In this document: positions 54,433 to 63,267 of the stretch, one piece after another
How positions within the stretch are numbered: position 1 is the first letter of the stretch
How the letters are laid out: every line of letters begins with the position of its first letter
DNA from: a virus
Taxonomy: Duplodnaviria; Caudoviricetes
IMG/VR virus record: IMGVR_UViG_3300012041_000002
Span: 12,210-76,209 of that record
Length of the DNA: 64,000 bases
Strand: one strand, 5' to 3'
Made by a program: the position numbers and the translations under genes
The notes under the pieces: model-generated
What the model saw: the letters and a program-made list of their open reading frames with translations, nothing else
Database searches by the model: none
What the model was told of the DNA's origin: nothing

Positions 54433-54693
54433 ATGCCAGGCCCAGTAGCCGGTACAGGCCCATCCGGCCCCCCTGGTGGTGGGGGCGGCGGGGGCAGCGA
54501 TGCAAACTACGTCCATACGCAATCCTCGGCGAATACGGTATGGACTGTTACCCACAATTTAAATAAACACCCTTCGGTACACGTCGAGGACTCGGGCGGC
54601 AGCGTAGTGTGGGGCGATGTGCTGTACGTGAACAACAACTCTCTAACGATAACTTTTGCCGTGGCCTTTTCGGGCAAAGCATACTGCAACTAA
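54433..54693 (+). CDS. small tail-fibre-associated protein
   Basis: YVHTQ.SA..VWT.THNL.K.PSV.V.D...V.Y...N..TITF...FSG.AYCN motif. Confidence 0.8.
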   Translation: MPGPVAGTGPSGPPGGGGGGGSDANYVHTQSSANTVWTVTHNLNKHPSVHVEDSGGSVVWGDVLYVNNNSLTITFAVAFSGKAYCN

Positions 54694-54710
54694 CCCCAGG
54701 AGAATAATAA

Positions 54711-55841
54711 GTGAAGTTCCTAAACAACATTGACTTAAACCTCAATCAGATGCTCAATACCTTGCTACAATTGCTGGGTACTGACCCGGCATCCCCCACT
54801 GAGGGGCAGATATGGTACAACACGGCTTCAAAGCGTCTCAAATATAGAGACAACGCCGGGAACCGTCTAACCCTCACCGACTTGACAACTCTCGCGGATT
54901 TGGCCGCGCCTACAGGGCCGGTGTCTCTCAACGGGCAGAAGATAACCAACCTGGGCACCCCTACCGTCGATACAGATGCTGTTACCAAGGCGTATGTCGA
55001 CGCCCTGGAGAATGGCCTGGACGTGAAGGACTCCGTTCGGCTGGCTACCGCTGCTGCCCTCCCCACCAACACCTACAACAACGGCTCGTCCGGTGTAGGC
55101 GCAACTCTCACAGCCACAGCCAACGGTGCCCTGTCTGTGGACGGTGTAGCGGTTGGGGTTGGTGAGCGCATACTCGTCAAGGATGAGGCCACCCAGGCTA
55201 ATAACGGCATCTACACGGTGACAGCCGCAGGCGGAGCCGGTGCCCCCTACGTGCTGACAAGAGCCGTAGACTGCGACACCGCAGCCGAAGTATCCGGTGG
55301 CCTGTTCACCTTTATCGAGGAAGGCACGCAAGCCGACACCGGCTGGGTGTGTACCACGAATGGCGTCGTGACAATCGGCACCACCAACCTCACCTTCGGG
55401 CAGTTCTCCTCGGCTGGAACCATACTTGCCGACGAAGTAACCCTGACGAAGAGTGGCTCCACCTTCTCCATCAAGTCCACCTACGCAGGACAAACCTCCA
55501 TCGTCACACTGGGCACGATTGGCACCGGTGTGTGGCAGGGAACAGCCGTAGCGATTGGCTTCGGCGGCACAGGGGCTTCCTCGGCTTCCGGCGCCCGGAC
55601 AAACCTGAACGTTCCACAGCGAGGGTATGTGGCAAACATAGGTAATGGCACGGACGTCAACATCACCGTTACCCATGGACTGGGCACAGAGGATGTAGCC
55701 ATCTATGTGCGCGAGGCCGGTGGCAGCAAGTATCGTGTTTACCCCGACGAGAAGGTGGTGGACACTAATAACGTGACGCTGGAGTTTACCGTAGCCCCCA
55801 CCTCTAACCAATACCGAGTTCTAGTCCTACCCAAGGAGTAA
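54711..55841 (+). CDS. tail fibre / structural protein
   Basis: GQIWYNT, KITNLGTP..DAVTKAYVD, DVKDSVRLAT, RILVKDE...NGIY, LTRA.D motifs. Confidence 0.8.
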   Translation: MKFLNNIDLNLNQMLNTLLQLLGTDPASPTEGQIWYNTASKRLKYRDNAGNRLTLTDLTTLADLAAPTGPVSLNGQKITNLGTPTVDTDAVTKAYVDALENGLDVKDSVRLATAAALPTNTYNNGSSGVGATLTATANGALSVDGVAVGVGERILVKDEATQANNGIYTVTAAGGAGAPYVLTRAVDCDTAAEVSGGLFTFIEEGTQADTGWVCTTNGVVTIGTTNLTFGQFSSAGTILADEVTLTKSGSTFSIKSTYAGQTSIVTLGTIGTGVWQGTAVAIGFGGTGASSASGARTNLNVPQRGYVANIGNGTDVNITVTHGLGTEDVAIYVREAGGSKYRVYPDEKVVDTNNVTLEFTVAPTSNQYRVLVLPKE

Positions 55842-55844
55842 TCC

Positions 55845-56633
55845 ATGCCAAAGATTTTGAAGGCGCCCTCTGCCAATCAGGACGCTACTACGGTGGAGTG
55901 GGTGAAAACCAACTCCACCAACGGCTGGATTGGTGCCTACTCTACAGAGCCGAACGCTGCCTTTGGTGGGGATGGTGACTTGTTCATCCCAACGGACAGT
56001 ATCTACCTGGAAGCTATCCTGTCCGGGGCATGGGTGCAGCTCGGGCCTACGCGCTTGCTGGTTGAGCCCCCTGCGCTTGGTGGGTTTACAGCCGACAATA
56101 TAGGCGACTCTACCACCGACACCACACGCGGTGGTATACGCCTCCTGAGCGGCACCCCCACTAACCAGATTAGGGCTTACTACAAAACCTGCCCGTCAGC
56201 ACCATGGACACTCGAAGCCGCTTTCCTAAGCGGGGGTGCCATAAACACTTCTGGGGATTCAGGCATCTTCATGCGGGACGGTAGTGGCAAGATTATGACT
56301 TGTTCCTATTCACAAAATGGTAGCTTTCGTGTCGACAAGTGGACGAGCAGCTCCTCATTCTCTACCAACGCTAAAACCGACTCTATGGGGTTGGGTATTC
56401 CGTTTACCCCGCACTGGGTGCGCATCAGGGATAACAACACCGACATATTCTTCGACTTTTCATATGACTTGGGCACTACCTGGCTCAATCGTTACAAGGA
56501 AGCCCGGGGTTCATTCTTCTCCTCCGGCCCAACTCAGGTAGGCTTCTTCGTCAATGATGCTAACTTATCGGGGGGTGCCTCCGTCGGCGCACAAACCATA
56601 TGGCTATACCACTGGAAGGAAATAAACTCATAA
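55845..56633 (+). CDS. tail-associated lectin-like protein (candidate receptor binding)
   Basis: Beta-rich; WVRIRD...FDFSYD.G..W pattern. Confidence 0.55.
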   Translation: MPKILKAPSANQDATTVEWVKTNSTNGWIGAYSTEPNAAFGGDGDLFIPTDSIYLEAILSGAWVQLGPTRLLVEPPALGGFTADNIGDSTTDTTRGGIRLLSGTPTNQIRAYYKTCPSAPWTLEAAFLSGGAINTSGDSGIFMRDGSGKIMTCSYSQNGSFRVDKWTSSSSFSTNAKTDSMGLGIPFTPHWVRIRDNNTDIFFDFSYDLGTTWLNRYKEARGSFFSSGPTQVGFFVNDANLSGGASVGAQTIWLYHWKEINS

Positions 56634-57869
56634 ATGGCAAAAATCTATGCAAACGGAAGTAACGCTGTCACAAGGCTGGTGCAAACCGCAGAAGAAGAAC
56701 AGAGATTTGGCGCACCGGCTGGTACCGCACATACGTTGGACTTCGATACTCGCACTAACCTAGCACTGGTGGACGACATCATAGAGTTTATGCACCTGTA
56801 CACCTATGATGGAGCCGATTTGAAGAAAAGCGGAGTCACCCAAACTATAGAACCCCCCGGAGCACTGGAGATTGAGGACAACTACGGTATCAAATTTCGG
56901 GTGCCTATTGAACTGGCTCTTCCTGATGGTACAGTATTTGGGAAAGCATACGCCGAAGATTTGGGTGGAGGGGTAAAGAAACTCCACATAGAGGTAATCG
57001 AGCCGGGGGTTAGCCTGAGACTTTACTCCCCGGAGAAAGTGATAATTGACGCGCCACAGGGTGGCGTTGAAGTGTTCCCGGCTGACGGTGTAAAGATACA
57101 GTCAAGCGGGGAGGATGTCCCATCTTTAGAGGTTGTTGGGCAGTTCAACAATGCCTCCTGGTTCCGTGTCAAAGATGTGGATGATGATATATGGTTCGAG
57201 GTTCTTCCTGACGGTACGGTTGAGTACGAAGGTGTTGAAGTAGCGAAGATAAACGACTCCAGATTCACCGATGCACGCACCCCCACTGCCCACTCTCACG
57301 CCATAGCAGACTTGCCCAGCGAAGTTGCTAGACGCATATATTCTCAGCAAACCACCAAGACAGTTACCTCTGCTTCCAAGACTGTCCTGCACGATACTGC
57401 AAGTGGTGTAGGTTCCGCTATCAGCAGCTCCAACATATCGTTGAGCGGAATGGGCCCGGGTACAGAGTTCCACATCAAACTAGGTGGCTCTATAAGCATC
57501 GCCAACACCGCACACACAGCCAACTTTTTGGTGGAGTTCGGCTCTACCCCGATTGCAGTCACCAACGATTTGTTCTTCGACAACACTATAAGCAACGTTG
57601 ATTTCAGCATAGATTTGTTGCTCACATGCCGGGGCAGCGGGGCCAGTGGAAAGGTATATGCCAGTGGGCGCCTGTGGATACTGGGAACCTACGGAATGGT
57701 TACCGGTGGTGGAGACTTCATCGGTACTGGCTTCTTTCTCGACGAGGACGGCTCAGGCACCATAGACTTCGGGAATGCCCACAACCTAAACATCAGCGTG
57801 GATTTCAGCTCGGTTACGGGGGGTACCCAAGTACTGGTGCATACGTATTCCGTTCACAGAGTAGGTTAA
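56634..57869 (+). CDS. tail fibre-like protein
   Basis: D.RFTDARTPTAHSHAI.DL fibre motif, beta-rich C-terminus. Confidence 0.65.
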   Translation: MAKIYANGSNAVTRLVQTAEEEQRFGAPAGTAHTLDFDTRTNLALVDDIIEFMHLYTYDGADLKKSGVTQTIEPPGALEIEDNYGIKFRVPIELALPDGTVFGKAYAEDLGGGVKKLHIEVIEPGVSLRLYSPEKVIIDAPQGGVEVFPADGVKIQSSGEDVPSLEVVGQFNNASWFRVKDVDDDIWFEVLPDGTVEYEGVEVAKINDSRFTDARTPTAHSHAIADLPSEVARRIYSQQTTKTVTSASKTVLHDTASGVGSAISSSNISLSGMGPGTEFHIKLGGSISIANTAHTANFLVEFGSTPIAVTNDLFFDNTISNVDFSIDLLLTCRGSGASGKVYASGRLWILGTYGMVTGGGDFIGTGFFLDEDGSGTIDFGNAHNLNISVDFSSVTGGTQVLVHTYSVHRVG

Positions 57870-57893
57870 GGGGTGAGGGATGGGGAGTAATCA

Positions 57894-58658
57894 ATGTTAG
57901 ACAAAAAGAATAAAAACAAATACTTCGGCGCGGTGTACATGCGGGACAAGCTGGTTGCCGACGATTTGATTGATGTCGTGGTTACGGTACGAAGGCTCTC
58001 CACAGGGGCTGCGCTGGTGACTAACCAGCCAGCCACCCATGTGGGGGGCGGGCTGTACACCTACTTACTACTGGCTTCGCATACAGAGAACGAAGATGTG
58101 TATGTGGCCTTCTTCCACACCGACGATACCTCAGTCAACTTACAGGATATGGTGGCCGACTGGACGGTGGGTGCAGCCGGGGTGGACTTTTTGGATATGC
58201 CAATATCCAACGTGGCCGCCAACGCAGGGGTTGCAGCCTGGGAAGAGTTCCTGGCCGGGGAGTATGCCCCGGGCACTGCCGGGTGGTATCTGAGCAACAT
58301 TATATCCCCACAGATACATGTTGTAGGGCCTATAGACGAACGGGGGGTGCTATACCTGTTCAAAGGGGATGCCTACATAACAGACGAGGGAACCTCCATA
58401 CTATTTACTGATGTCAACCAAACCTGGCCTGAGCTAGATGATGGAGAGGTTCATTTCCTGACGTTTGGTTTGGACGTTGTTACGGAGATAGTAAACCCTA
58501 CAGGTTCCAATAAGCAGGTACGTCTGGAACTAACCGCAGAGCAGACTGCTGCCTTTACCTCGGCCAACGTAGATTACGCCATTCGGTATGTGCGCACGAA
58601 CGGCAATCCTACTACCCTCAAACGCGGCGGGTTTGTACCACAGGTTACGCATCACTAA
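57894..58658 (+). CDS. minor structural protein (BppU-like C-terminus)
   Basis: GGGLYTY; C-terminal L.KGD.Y...V.L.LT.EQT.....Y.I. Confidence 0.55.
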   Translation: MLDKKNKNKYFGAVYMRDKLVADDLIDVVVTVRRLSTGAALVTNQPATHVGGGLYTYLLLASHTENEDVYVAFFHTDDTSVNLQDMVADWTVGAAGVDFLDMPISNVAANAGVAAWEEFLAGEYAPGTAGWYLSNIISPQIHVVGPIDERGVLYLFKGDAYITDEGTSILFTDVNQTWPELDDGEVHFLTFGLDVVTEIVNPTGSNKQVRLELTAEQTAAFTSANVDYAIRYVRTNGNPTTLKRGGFVPQVTHH

Positions 58659-58683
58659 TCATCAATAATTGGGAGCAGTAAGT

Positions 58684-59013
58684 ATGCCGGAACAACTAGA
58701 AAGAGCCGGGGGTATATCAAATGTTCTGCAAGCTGGGCTGGTTGAGTTATCCACGTCTGTGAAATATTTGCGAGAAGGTGTTGAGAAACTCGACGCCAAA
58801 GTTGACAGGGGTTTTGAGCATATAGACTCAAAGTTTGGAGACAGCGTGGTGAAATTCCAGGAACTACACATCAGAGTGCTTTTGCTAGAAACTCTGGTAA
58901 AGGAACAGGGGGAAGCCTCCAAGCGCAAACTCAACTGGCTTTATGTTGTTACCGGAGGTATGGTGCTCACACTCGTATCTCTGGTGTTACGGCAGATGCT
59001 TGGTGTCAACTAA
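58684..59013 (+). CDS. holin-like / XhlA-like protein
   Basis: Coiled coil followed by a single C-terminal TM helix; first gene of the lysis cassette. Confidence 0.6.
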   Translation: MPEQLERAGGISNVLQAGLVELSTSVKYLREGVEKLDAKVDRGFEHIDSKFGDSVVKFQELHIRVLLLETLVKEQGEASKRKLNWLYVVTGGMVLTLVSLVLRQMLGVN

Positions 59014-59037
59014 ACCGTTAGTATTAGGGGAACTCAC

Positions 59038-59676
59038 ATGAAAAAGAAGTTAGGAGCGCTTATGGCGCTCCTTTTACTTATGTCCTGGCTCACAAACGAG
59101 CCCGAGTACCCCAACACCACCATTATGTGGAGCCCAGGCCCGGTTTTGAACCAGAACGGCCTCCCCCAGTGCGTACCCTACGCCATCCACACACTATTAC
59201 AGGCGGCTCCTCACCGTTTACATTACCTGCCCTCCCCGGGCAGCATCTACTACGGGGCACGCTCCATAGAGAGCCGTGCCCCTCATACCCCGGGAACTAC
59301 CGTGCAAGCCGCGTTCAAGTATATGCAAAACTTAGGTTTGGTAGACGACTGGCGGTACTCATGGAGTATCCAAACAGCCTCGAAATGGTTCGATTATGGC
59401 CCGGTGCTCGTGGTGGGCAGGTGGCGTGTGGGTATGTACCCGGAGGAGTTTGGGTACATTCGTACCGTTGGAACACCCTTTTCAAGTGCGCACGCTATTA
59501 CATGTTACGGCCTGTCAACTGATAAAGACTGGTTTTGCCAGAACACCTGGGGCCCTGTCTGGGGCTACGGTGGGCGCATGGTGTTCAGTTATGCGGATAT
59601 GGATAGATTTGGCGCGGATTTTTTCCAACCAAAAGTGTCGTCGCAATATACAGATTATTGGAGTAAATTCAGATGA
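59038..59676 (+). CDS. papain-like (C1) cysteine peptidase with N-terminal signal/anchor
   Basis: LNQNGLPQC (oxyanion Q, catalytic C), SAHAI (H), QNTWG..WG..G (N). Confidence 0.85.
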   Translation: MKKKLGALMALLLLMSWLTNEPEYPNTTIMWSPGPVLNQNGLPQCVPYAIHTLLQAAPHRLHYLPSPGSIYYGARSIESRAPHTPGTTVQAAFKYMQNLGLVDDWRYSWSIQTASKWFDYGPVLVVGRWRVGMYPEEFGYIRTVGTPFSSAHAITCYGLSTDKDWFCQNTWGPVWGYGGRMVFSYADMDRFGADFFQPKVSSQYTDYWSKFR

Positions 59677-60545
59677 TTGTAGGGGCGCATCTACGCAACC
59701 AGCCTCAGCTATGGCCGGAGGACTTCACACGTTTCAAACGAGGTAAGTTCAACGGGGCTGTAGCTTTGTGGGAACACAACCCGGACGAGGTTCTGAAACT
59801 GGGCATTAGCCCGGAGAGCTGTGTCGTTCGATTGCCCGACAGCGAATACACCGACTGGAGTAAGGGTTATCCAAGAAAATATATCGTGGGGTGGAGCGAT
59901 TACGTAGCCGATTGTCTGCGCACCATAACCCGCTTCTATGCGAAGGGGTTCAGGGTATTCCAGCTCGACAACGAGCCCAACCTTGTCTGGAAGCACCACG
60001 GACGCACCGAGTGGGACTGGGCCACCTTCATGGCCGACGTCCTGCCGCCAATCCACGCCGCCAAGCCGAAAGACGCACTCCTGGGCCTCACGCCGATGTC
60101 TATGCCTTCACAATCCCCCCAGTGGATAAACGTACTGTACGACAAGAAGGCCAATGGCCTGCCCCTCGAGCGCTACTTTGATGTCGCCATATCCCACTGC
60201 TATTGGCAAGCTGCCGGCGATATGAACGCAGACTGGGCCGGGAAGGAACACGAGTGGCTCTGGCGCAAGACTGGTATGCCCATCTATATAGCCGAGGCCG
60301 GTAACTCTTCCATCCAGCAGACTAACCCACCTAGCCTGGAGGAAATAAGGCGCAGGCAGGAGACACAGTACCCGAAGTACATCGAAGCATTGAAAGCCTT
60401 CACATATGTGCGAGGGGTGTACTTCTTCATACTCGGCGGCACCGAGATTGATTGGAAAGGGTTTCTGCTCACCGACAAGATTTGTGACGCAATAGGCTCC
60501 CGGGTTGGGGGCGGAGGGGGCGGCAAGCTGCCGCAGCCCAACTAG
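59673..60545 (+). CDS. glycoside hydrolase, clan GH-A TIM barrel
   Basis: FQLDNEPN (acid/base), ISHCY, PIYIAEAG (nucleophile). Confidence 0.75.
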   Translation: MIVGAHLRNQPQLWPEDFTRFKRGKFNGAVALWEHNPDEVLKLGISPESCVVRLPDSEYTDWSKGYPRKYIVGWSDYVADCLRTITRFYAKGFRVFQLDNEPNLVWKHHGRTEWDWATFMADVLPPIHAAKPKDALLGLTPMSMPSQSPQWINVLYDKKANGLPLERYFDVAISHCYWQAAGDMNADWAGKEHEWLWRKTGMPIYIAEAGNSSIQQTNPPSLEEIRRRQETQYPKYIEALKAFTYVRGVYFFILGGTEIDWKGFLLTDKICDAIGSRVGGGGGGKLPQPN

Positions 60546-60555
60546 GAGATTATTT

Positions 60556-61296
60556 ATGCCAGAACTAACACAGGAACAGCTTGCTGCGCTGTATACACCG
60601 GAAGCTATTGATGCCAGGTTTCCAATCGTGCATACCGGTGTCAAGCCAAGAATGCTTTCCCCTCAAATATTCCCGGATTACGCCCGCAACTTTTTCCTAG
60701 GGTTTACGTACTACGACGACGAGAATCAGTACGTGGGTGGTGTCACCATCTTCAAAGTAACCCCGGCAGGAGACATAACCCTCGTTTACTCTGAGCGCCC
60801 GTCCATCGGGAAGGGTGACGGATTCTGCATGGTGCAGGTGGGAGCCCATATTCAACCCTTCCTGTCAGTGCATGTTGGGGATGGACAAAGCCAACTCTAC
60901 CCTATGCCTACATGCCTAAACGTGTGTGTACCCTGGCCGCAGGGCGTTGAGCCACACGGACAAGCTGGCGGCTTTATGGTGTCAGAAGTTATACAGGAGC
61001 CTCAATTGACAGAACAGCAGGTAAGGGAAATAGTACGCGCAGAAGTAGCCGCGGGCAACGCTGCCCTGGTAGCGATGTTCGGTGGTGGCTCGGTGCGTAA
61101 TGGCATCGAAGAAAAGGCCAAGGATGCTATGGTTGAGATGCTGGATGCAGCTACTATCGAAGATGGCAGGGAAGGCCCATTCCGCTCCCTGCTGGCCTCC
61201 TTCAACCGCGACAGGTGTTACGAGGCTCTGGTGTCATATTTCGGCCCGCCCCCGGGAGAAGATGAGCCTCTAACTCCGGCAAAAGGCGCCGTCTAG
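60556..61296 (+). CDS. hypothetical protein in the lysis cassette
   Basis: AGGAG RBS before ATG 60556; beta N-terminal half, helical C-terminal half. Confidence 0.7.
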   Translation: MPELTQEQLAALYTPEAIDARFPIVHTGVKPRMLSPQIFPDYARNFFLGFTYYDDENQYVGGVTIFKVTPAGDITLVYSERPSIGKGDGFCMVQVGAHIQPFLSVHVGDGQSQLYPMPTCLNVCVPWPQGVEPHGQAGGFMVSEVIQEPQLTEQQVREIVRAEVAAGNAALVAMFGGGSVRNGIEEKAKDAMVEMLDAATIEDGREGPFRSLLASFNRDRCYEALVSYFGPPPGEDEPLTPAKGAV

Positions 61297-61304
61297 GAGG
61301 CAAC

Positions 61305-62090
61305 ATGTTCGAAATAGATTCAACTACCTACACCACCAACAATTACTGGAGCCCGGAGAATTTGCGTGGGTTGCGCGAAACCAGCCACATCATGATACAC
61401 ACCACGATGGGGCGGGAGGCGAGCGATATACGCGAGCTGACTGAGGATAGAGGCCGCAACTCCAAGAGCATCAACTATTATGTTGCTCGACGCCAAAAGA
61501 TATTCCAGATAGTCGCCCCTGAACTTGCCTCCTTCCACTGCTACACAGCCCCCGGCGCCAAGAGAGATGGCCCATTCCGTCGCACTCTTGGGTGGGGTAA
61601 CGAGAATTTTAAGACTATCGGCATAGAGTTCGAGGCTCGTGAGAACGAGCCGCTCACCGAATGGCAGATTTCCGCTGGCAAGTGGCTGGTATCCTACCTG
61701 TGCGGGCGGTTCAACATACCGGTGGACAGGAACCGGATACTCGGGCACTACGAGATAAATGTCCAGAAATTTGACCCGCAACCGTCACAGGGCTGGAACT
61801 GGGACGACTTCATGGCCGGGGTTCGTGCGTATTCCGCACAGAGCGATGGCCGAAAGTATAAGTTCTTCCCCGAGACAGGCTACAGCATCTCCGGTGGCTT
61901 TTACGATTTGTGGCGATTTGACATCGACGGTTTCCCCAAAACCTTCGAAGAGGCAGAGGCGCAACCAGACGGCTCGGTGCTGACGGTGCAGTATTTCGAG
62001 AATACTCGCATGGAGTGGAAACCGGGGATGGAGGCTCGTAGGGGTGCGGTGGGGCGAATGTATCTCAAAGCCATAGGGCGAATCAACTAA
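61305..62090 (+). CDS. N-acetylmuramoyl-L-alanine amidase (Amidase_2) endolysin with Chloroflexi-type cell-wall repeat
   Basis: IMIHTT, SINYYV, SFHC, IGIEF, ILGHYEI..KFDP; C-terminal FFPETGYSISGGF..W...GFP.T.E..TVQYFE..RMEW.P. Confidence 0.9.
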   Translation: MFEIDSTTYTTNNYWSPENLRGLRETSHIMIHTTMGREASDIRELTEDRGRNSKSINYYVARRQKIFQIVAPELASFHCYTAPGAKRDGPFRRTLGWGNENFKTIGIEFEARENEPLTEWQISAGKWLVSYLCGRFNIPVDRNRILGHYEINVQKFDPQPSQGWNWDDFMAGVRAYSAQSDGRKYKFFPETGYSISGGFYDLWRFDIDGFPKTFEEAEAQPDGSVLTVQYFENTRMEWKPGMEARRGAVGRMYLKAIGRIN

Positions 62091-62098
62091 GGAGTAAA

Positions 62099-62530
62099 AT
62101 GAACGAACCAGTCATAACGGATGCGGTTAGTGCTGCTGTGCAGCTTCTGATACTAACCCTCATACCGATTTTCATAGCCGGGGCCAAGGTGCTCATCATG
62201 GACGTGTTCCCTTCCTGGGGCAAGAAGCTGAAAGCTAACCTGTCCGAGCAGCAATGGTACATGCTCGAGCAGCTGGCCGGTGTGGCTGTCAAGTACGCCG
62301 AGCAGCTCGCCAAGAATGAAGATGTGCGCAACGCCGGGCAGTATAAGTACGAGCAGGCCAAAGCCCTCATAGACGAAACCCTCGCCAAGAATAAGTTAAA
62401 GTTTACTACCCGAGAGATTGAGGCAGCGATTGAAGCAGCCGTGCGCGATACGTTCCCCAAGGAGGAAGCTAAAACTCAGCACCCTCTAGAGGAGTATAGT
62501 GAATCGGCAGCCGGAGAATTGCCTAAATAA
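62099..62530 (+). CDS. holin, LL-H family-like
   Basis: One N-terminal TM helix, then AV..AEQL...G..KY..A...L....IEA.IEAAV. Confidence 0.85.
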   Translation: MNEPVITDAVSAAVQLLILTLIPIFIAGAKVLIMDVFPSWGKKLKANLSEQQWYMLEQLAGVAVKYAEQLAKNEDVRNAGQYKYEQAKALIDETLAKNKLKFTTREIEAAIEAAVRDTFPKEEAKTQHPLEEYSESAAGELPK

Positions 62531-62546
62531 TAGCCCATTTGGGCTA

Positions 62547-62575
62547 TTGCAGTCCTGGAACATATGTGCTATACT
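62547..62575 (+). promoter_or_regulatory. sigma70 promoter for a candidate small RNA
   Basis: TTGCAG-17-TATACT with TGn. Confidence 0.65.
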
Positions 62576-62581
62576 TATTCT

Positions 62582-62666
62582 TGATAGGGTTATGTCAAGA
62601 ATGTGTTCACTCTCATTATTTTCTCTCCTTGCAGGCGCACCCTTTCGGGGGTGCGCCTCTTTTTTT
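62582..62666 (+). ncRNA. candidate ~85-nt antisense small RNA
   Basis: Own promoter, no + strand ORF, pyrimidine-rich anti-SD seed (TTTTCTCTCCTT), ends in the terminator below. Confidence 0.5.
62633..62666 (+). terminator. intrinsic terminator
   Basis: AGGCGCACCC-TTTCGG-GGGTGCGCCT + C-T7. Confidence 0.85.
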
Positions 62667-62710
62667 GTCCAACTTTACAGGCAGTAAATCTTACAGTCTT
62701 ATGTAAATTA

Positions 62711-62740
62711 TTGCCTTTAGATAATTATCTTTGGTATAAT
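62711..62740 (+). promoter_or_regulatory. sigma70 promoter with a palindrome in the spacer
   Basis: TTGCCT-18-TATAAT with TGn; AGATAATTATCT at 62719-62730. Confidence 0.65.
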
Positions 62741-62777
62741 TTAGCTAACGCCTTGAACAAGCGAAGCTATTAGAATA

Positions 62778-63047
62778 ATGGAGGGCGAAGAATTGGGTAG
62801 ACAGCGATTGGAACAACCACCCCGAGTAGCCGGCAGCACCATTTCACACGGTGTTATTGACTACCCACCATTGATTGAGGAGAGCCCCGTACTGCGCCAG
62901 GTTGAGCGCCTAGAATATCTTCGGATGCAGAGGGATTTGTATACTGAGGCGTTTGAAACCGAACAGGAAGTGTTGGAGAATATGCGTTCTGTTTCCGCTG
63001 TGTGCAAGCCAATGCCCGCATTCAAATACTTGGAGCTTATTGTATAG
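62778..63047 (+). CDS. hypothetical protein
   Basis: 89-aa ORF behind its own promoter; weak RBS. Confidence 0.5.
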   Translation: MEGEELGRQRLEQPPRVAGSTISHGVIDYPPLIEESPVLRQVERLEYLRMQRDLYTEAFETEQEVLENMRSVSAVCKPMPAFKYLELIV

Positions 63048-63211
63048 TCTACCGTCAGGCGCCGATGGTATAACTGTTGAGGGTAGACGACAACAGCCCT
63101 TTACACAAACCATTTTATTCAGGTTGTCGGGTGAACAGCCCAACAAATGGCCCCAAGCATCATAGTCTGCGATACCAGCAACGCCTGACGGCAGACTACA
63201 GCACAAACGCA
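63045..63211 (-). ncRNA. candidate structured non-coding RNA (~170 nt)
   Basis: 17-bp closing stem (63182-63198 with 63045-63061), 6-bp inner stem, two hairpins, four G-U pairs only on the - strand, own promoter. Confidence 0.6.
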
Positions 63212-63216
63212 TCCCA

Positions 63217-63245
63217 AGTGTACATAATAAAAAAGAACCCGTCAA
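63217..63245 (-). promoter_or_regulatory. sigma70 promoter embedded in the terminator hairpin
   Basis: TTGACG-17-TACACT on the - strand. Confidence 0.7.
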
Positions 63246-63267
63246 GATTCTTGACGGGTTCTTTTTT
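63229..63267. terminator. bidirectional intrinsic terminator
   Basis: AAAAAAGAACCCGTCAAG-ATT-CTTGACGGGTTCTTTTTT perfect 18-bp inverted repeat. Confidence 0.92.

Noticed and set aside
51978-58658. Diversity-generating retroelement acting on tail fibre genes
   Set aside because: No reverse transcriptase and no template/variable repeat pair seen in the window
63045-63211. Labelling the structured RNA as 6S RNA, a hammerhead ribozyme or a tRNA-like RNA
   Set aside because: The apical arm is too short and branched for typical 6S; no CUGAUGA/GAAA core or T-loop/CCA was found, so it is left unassigned
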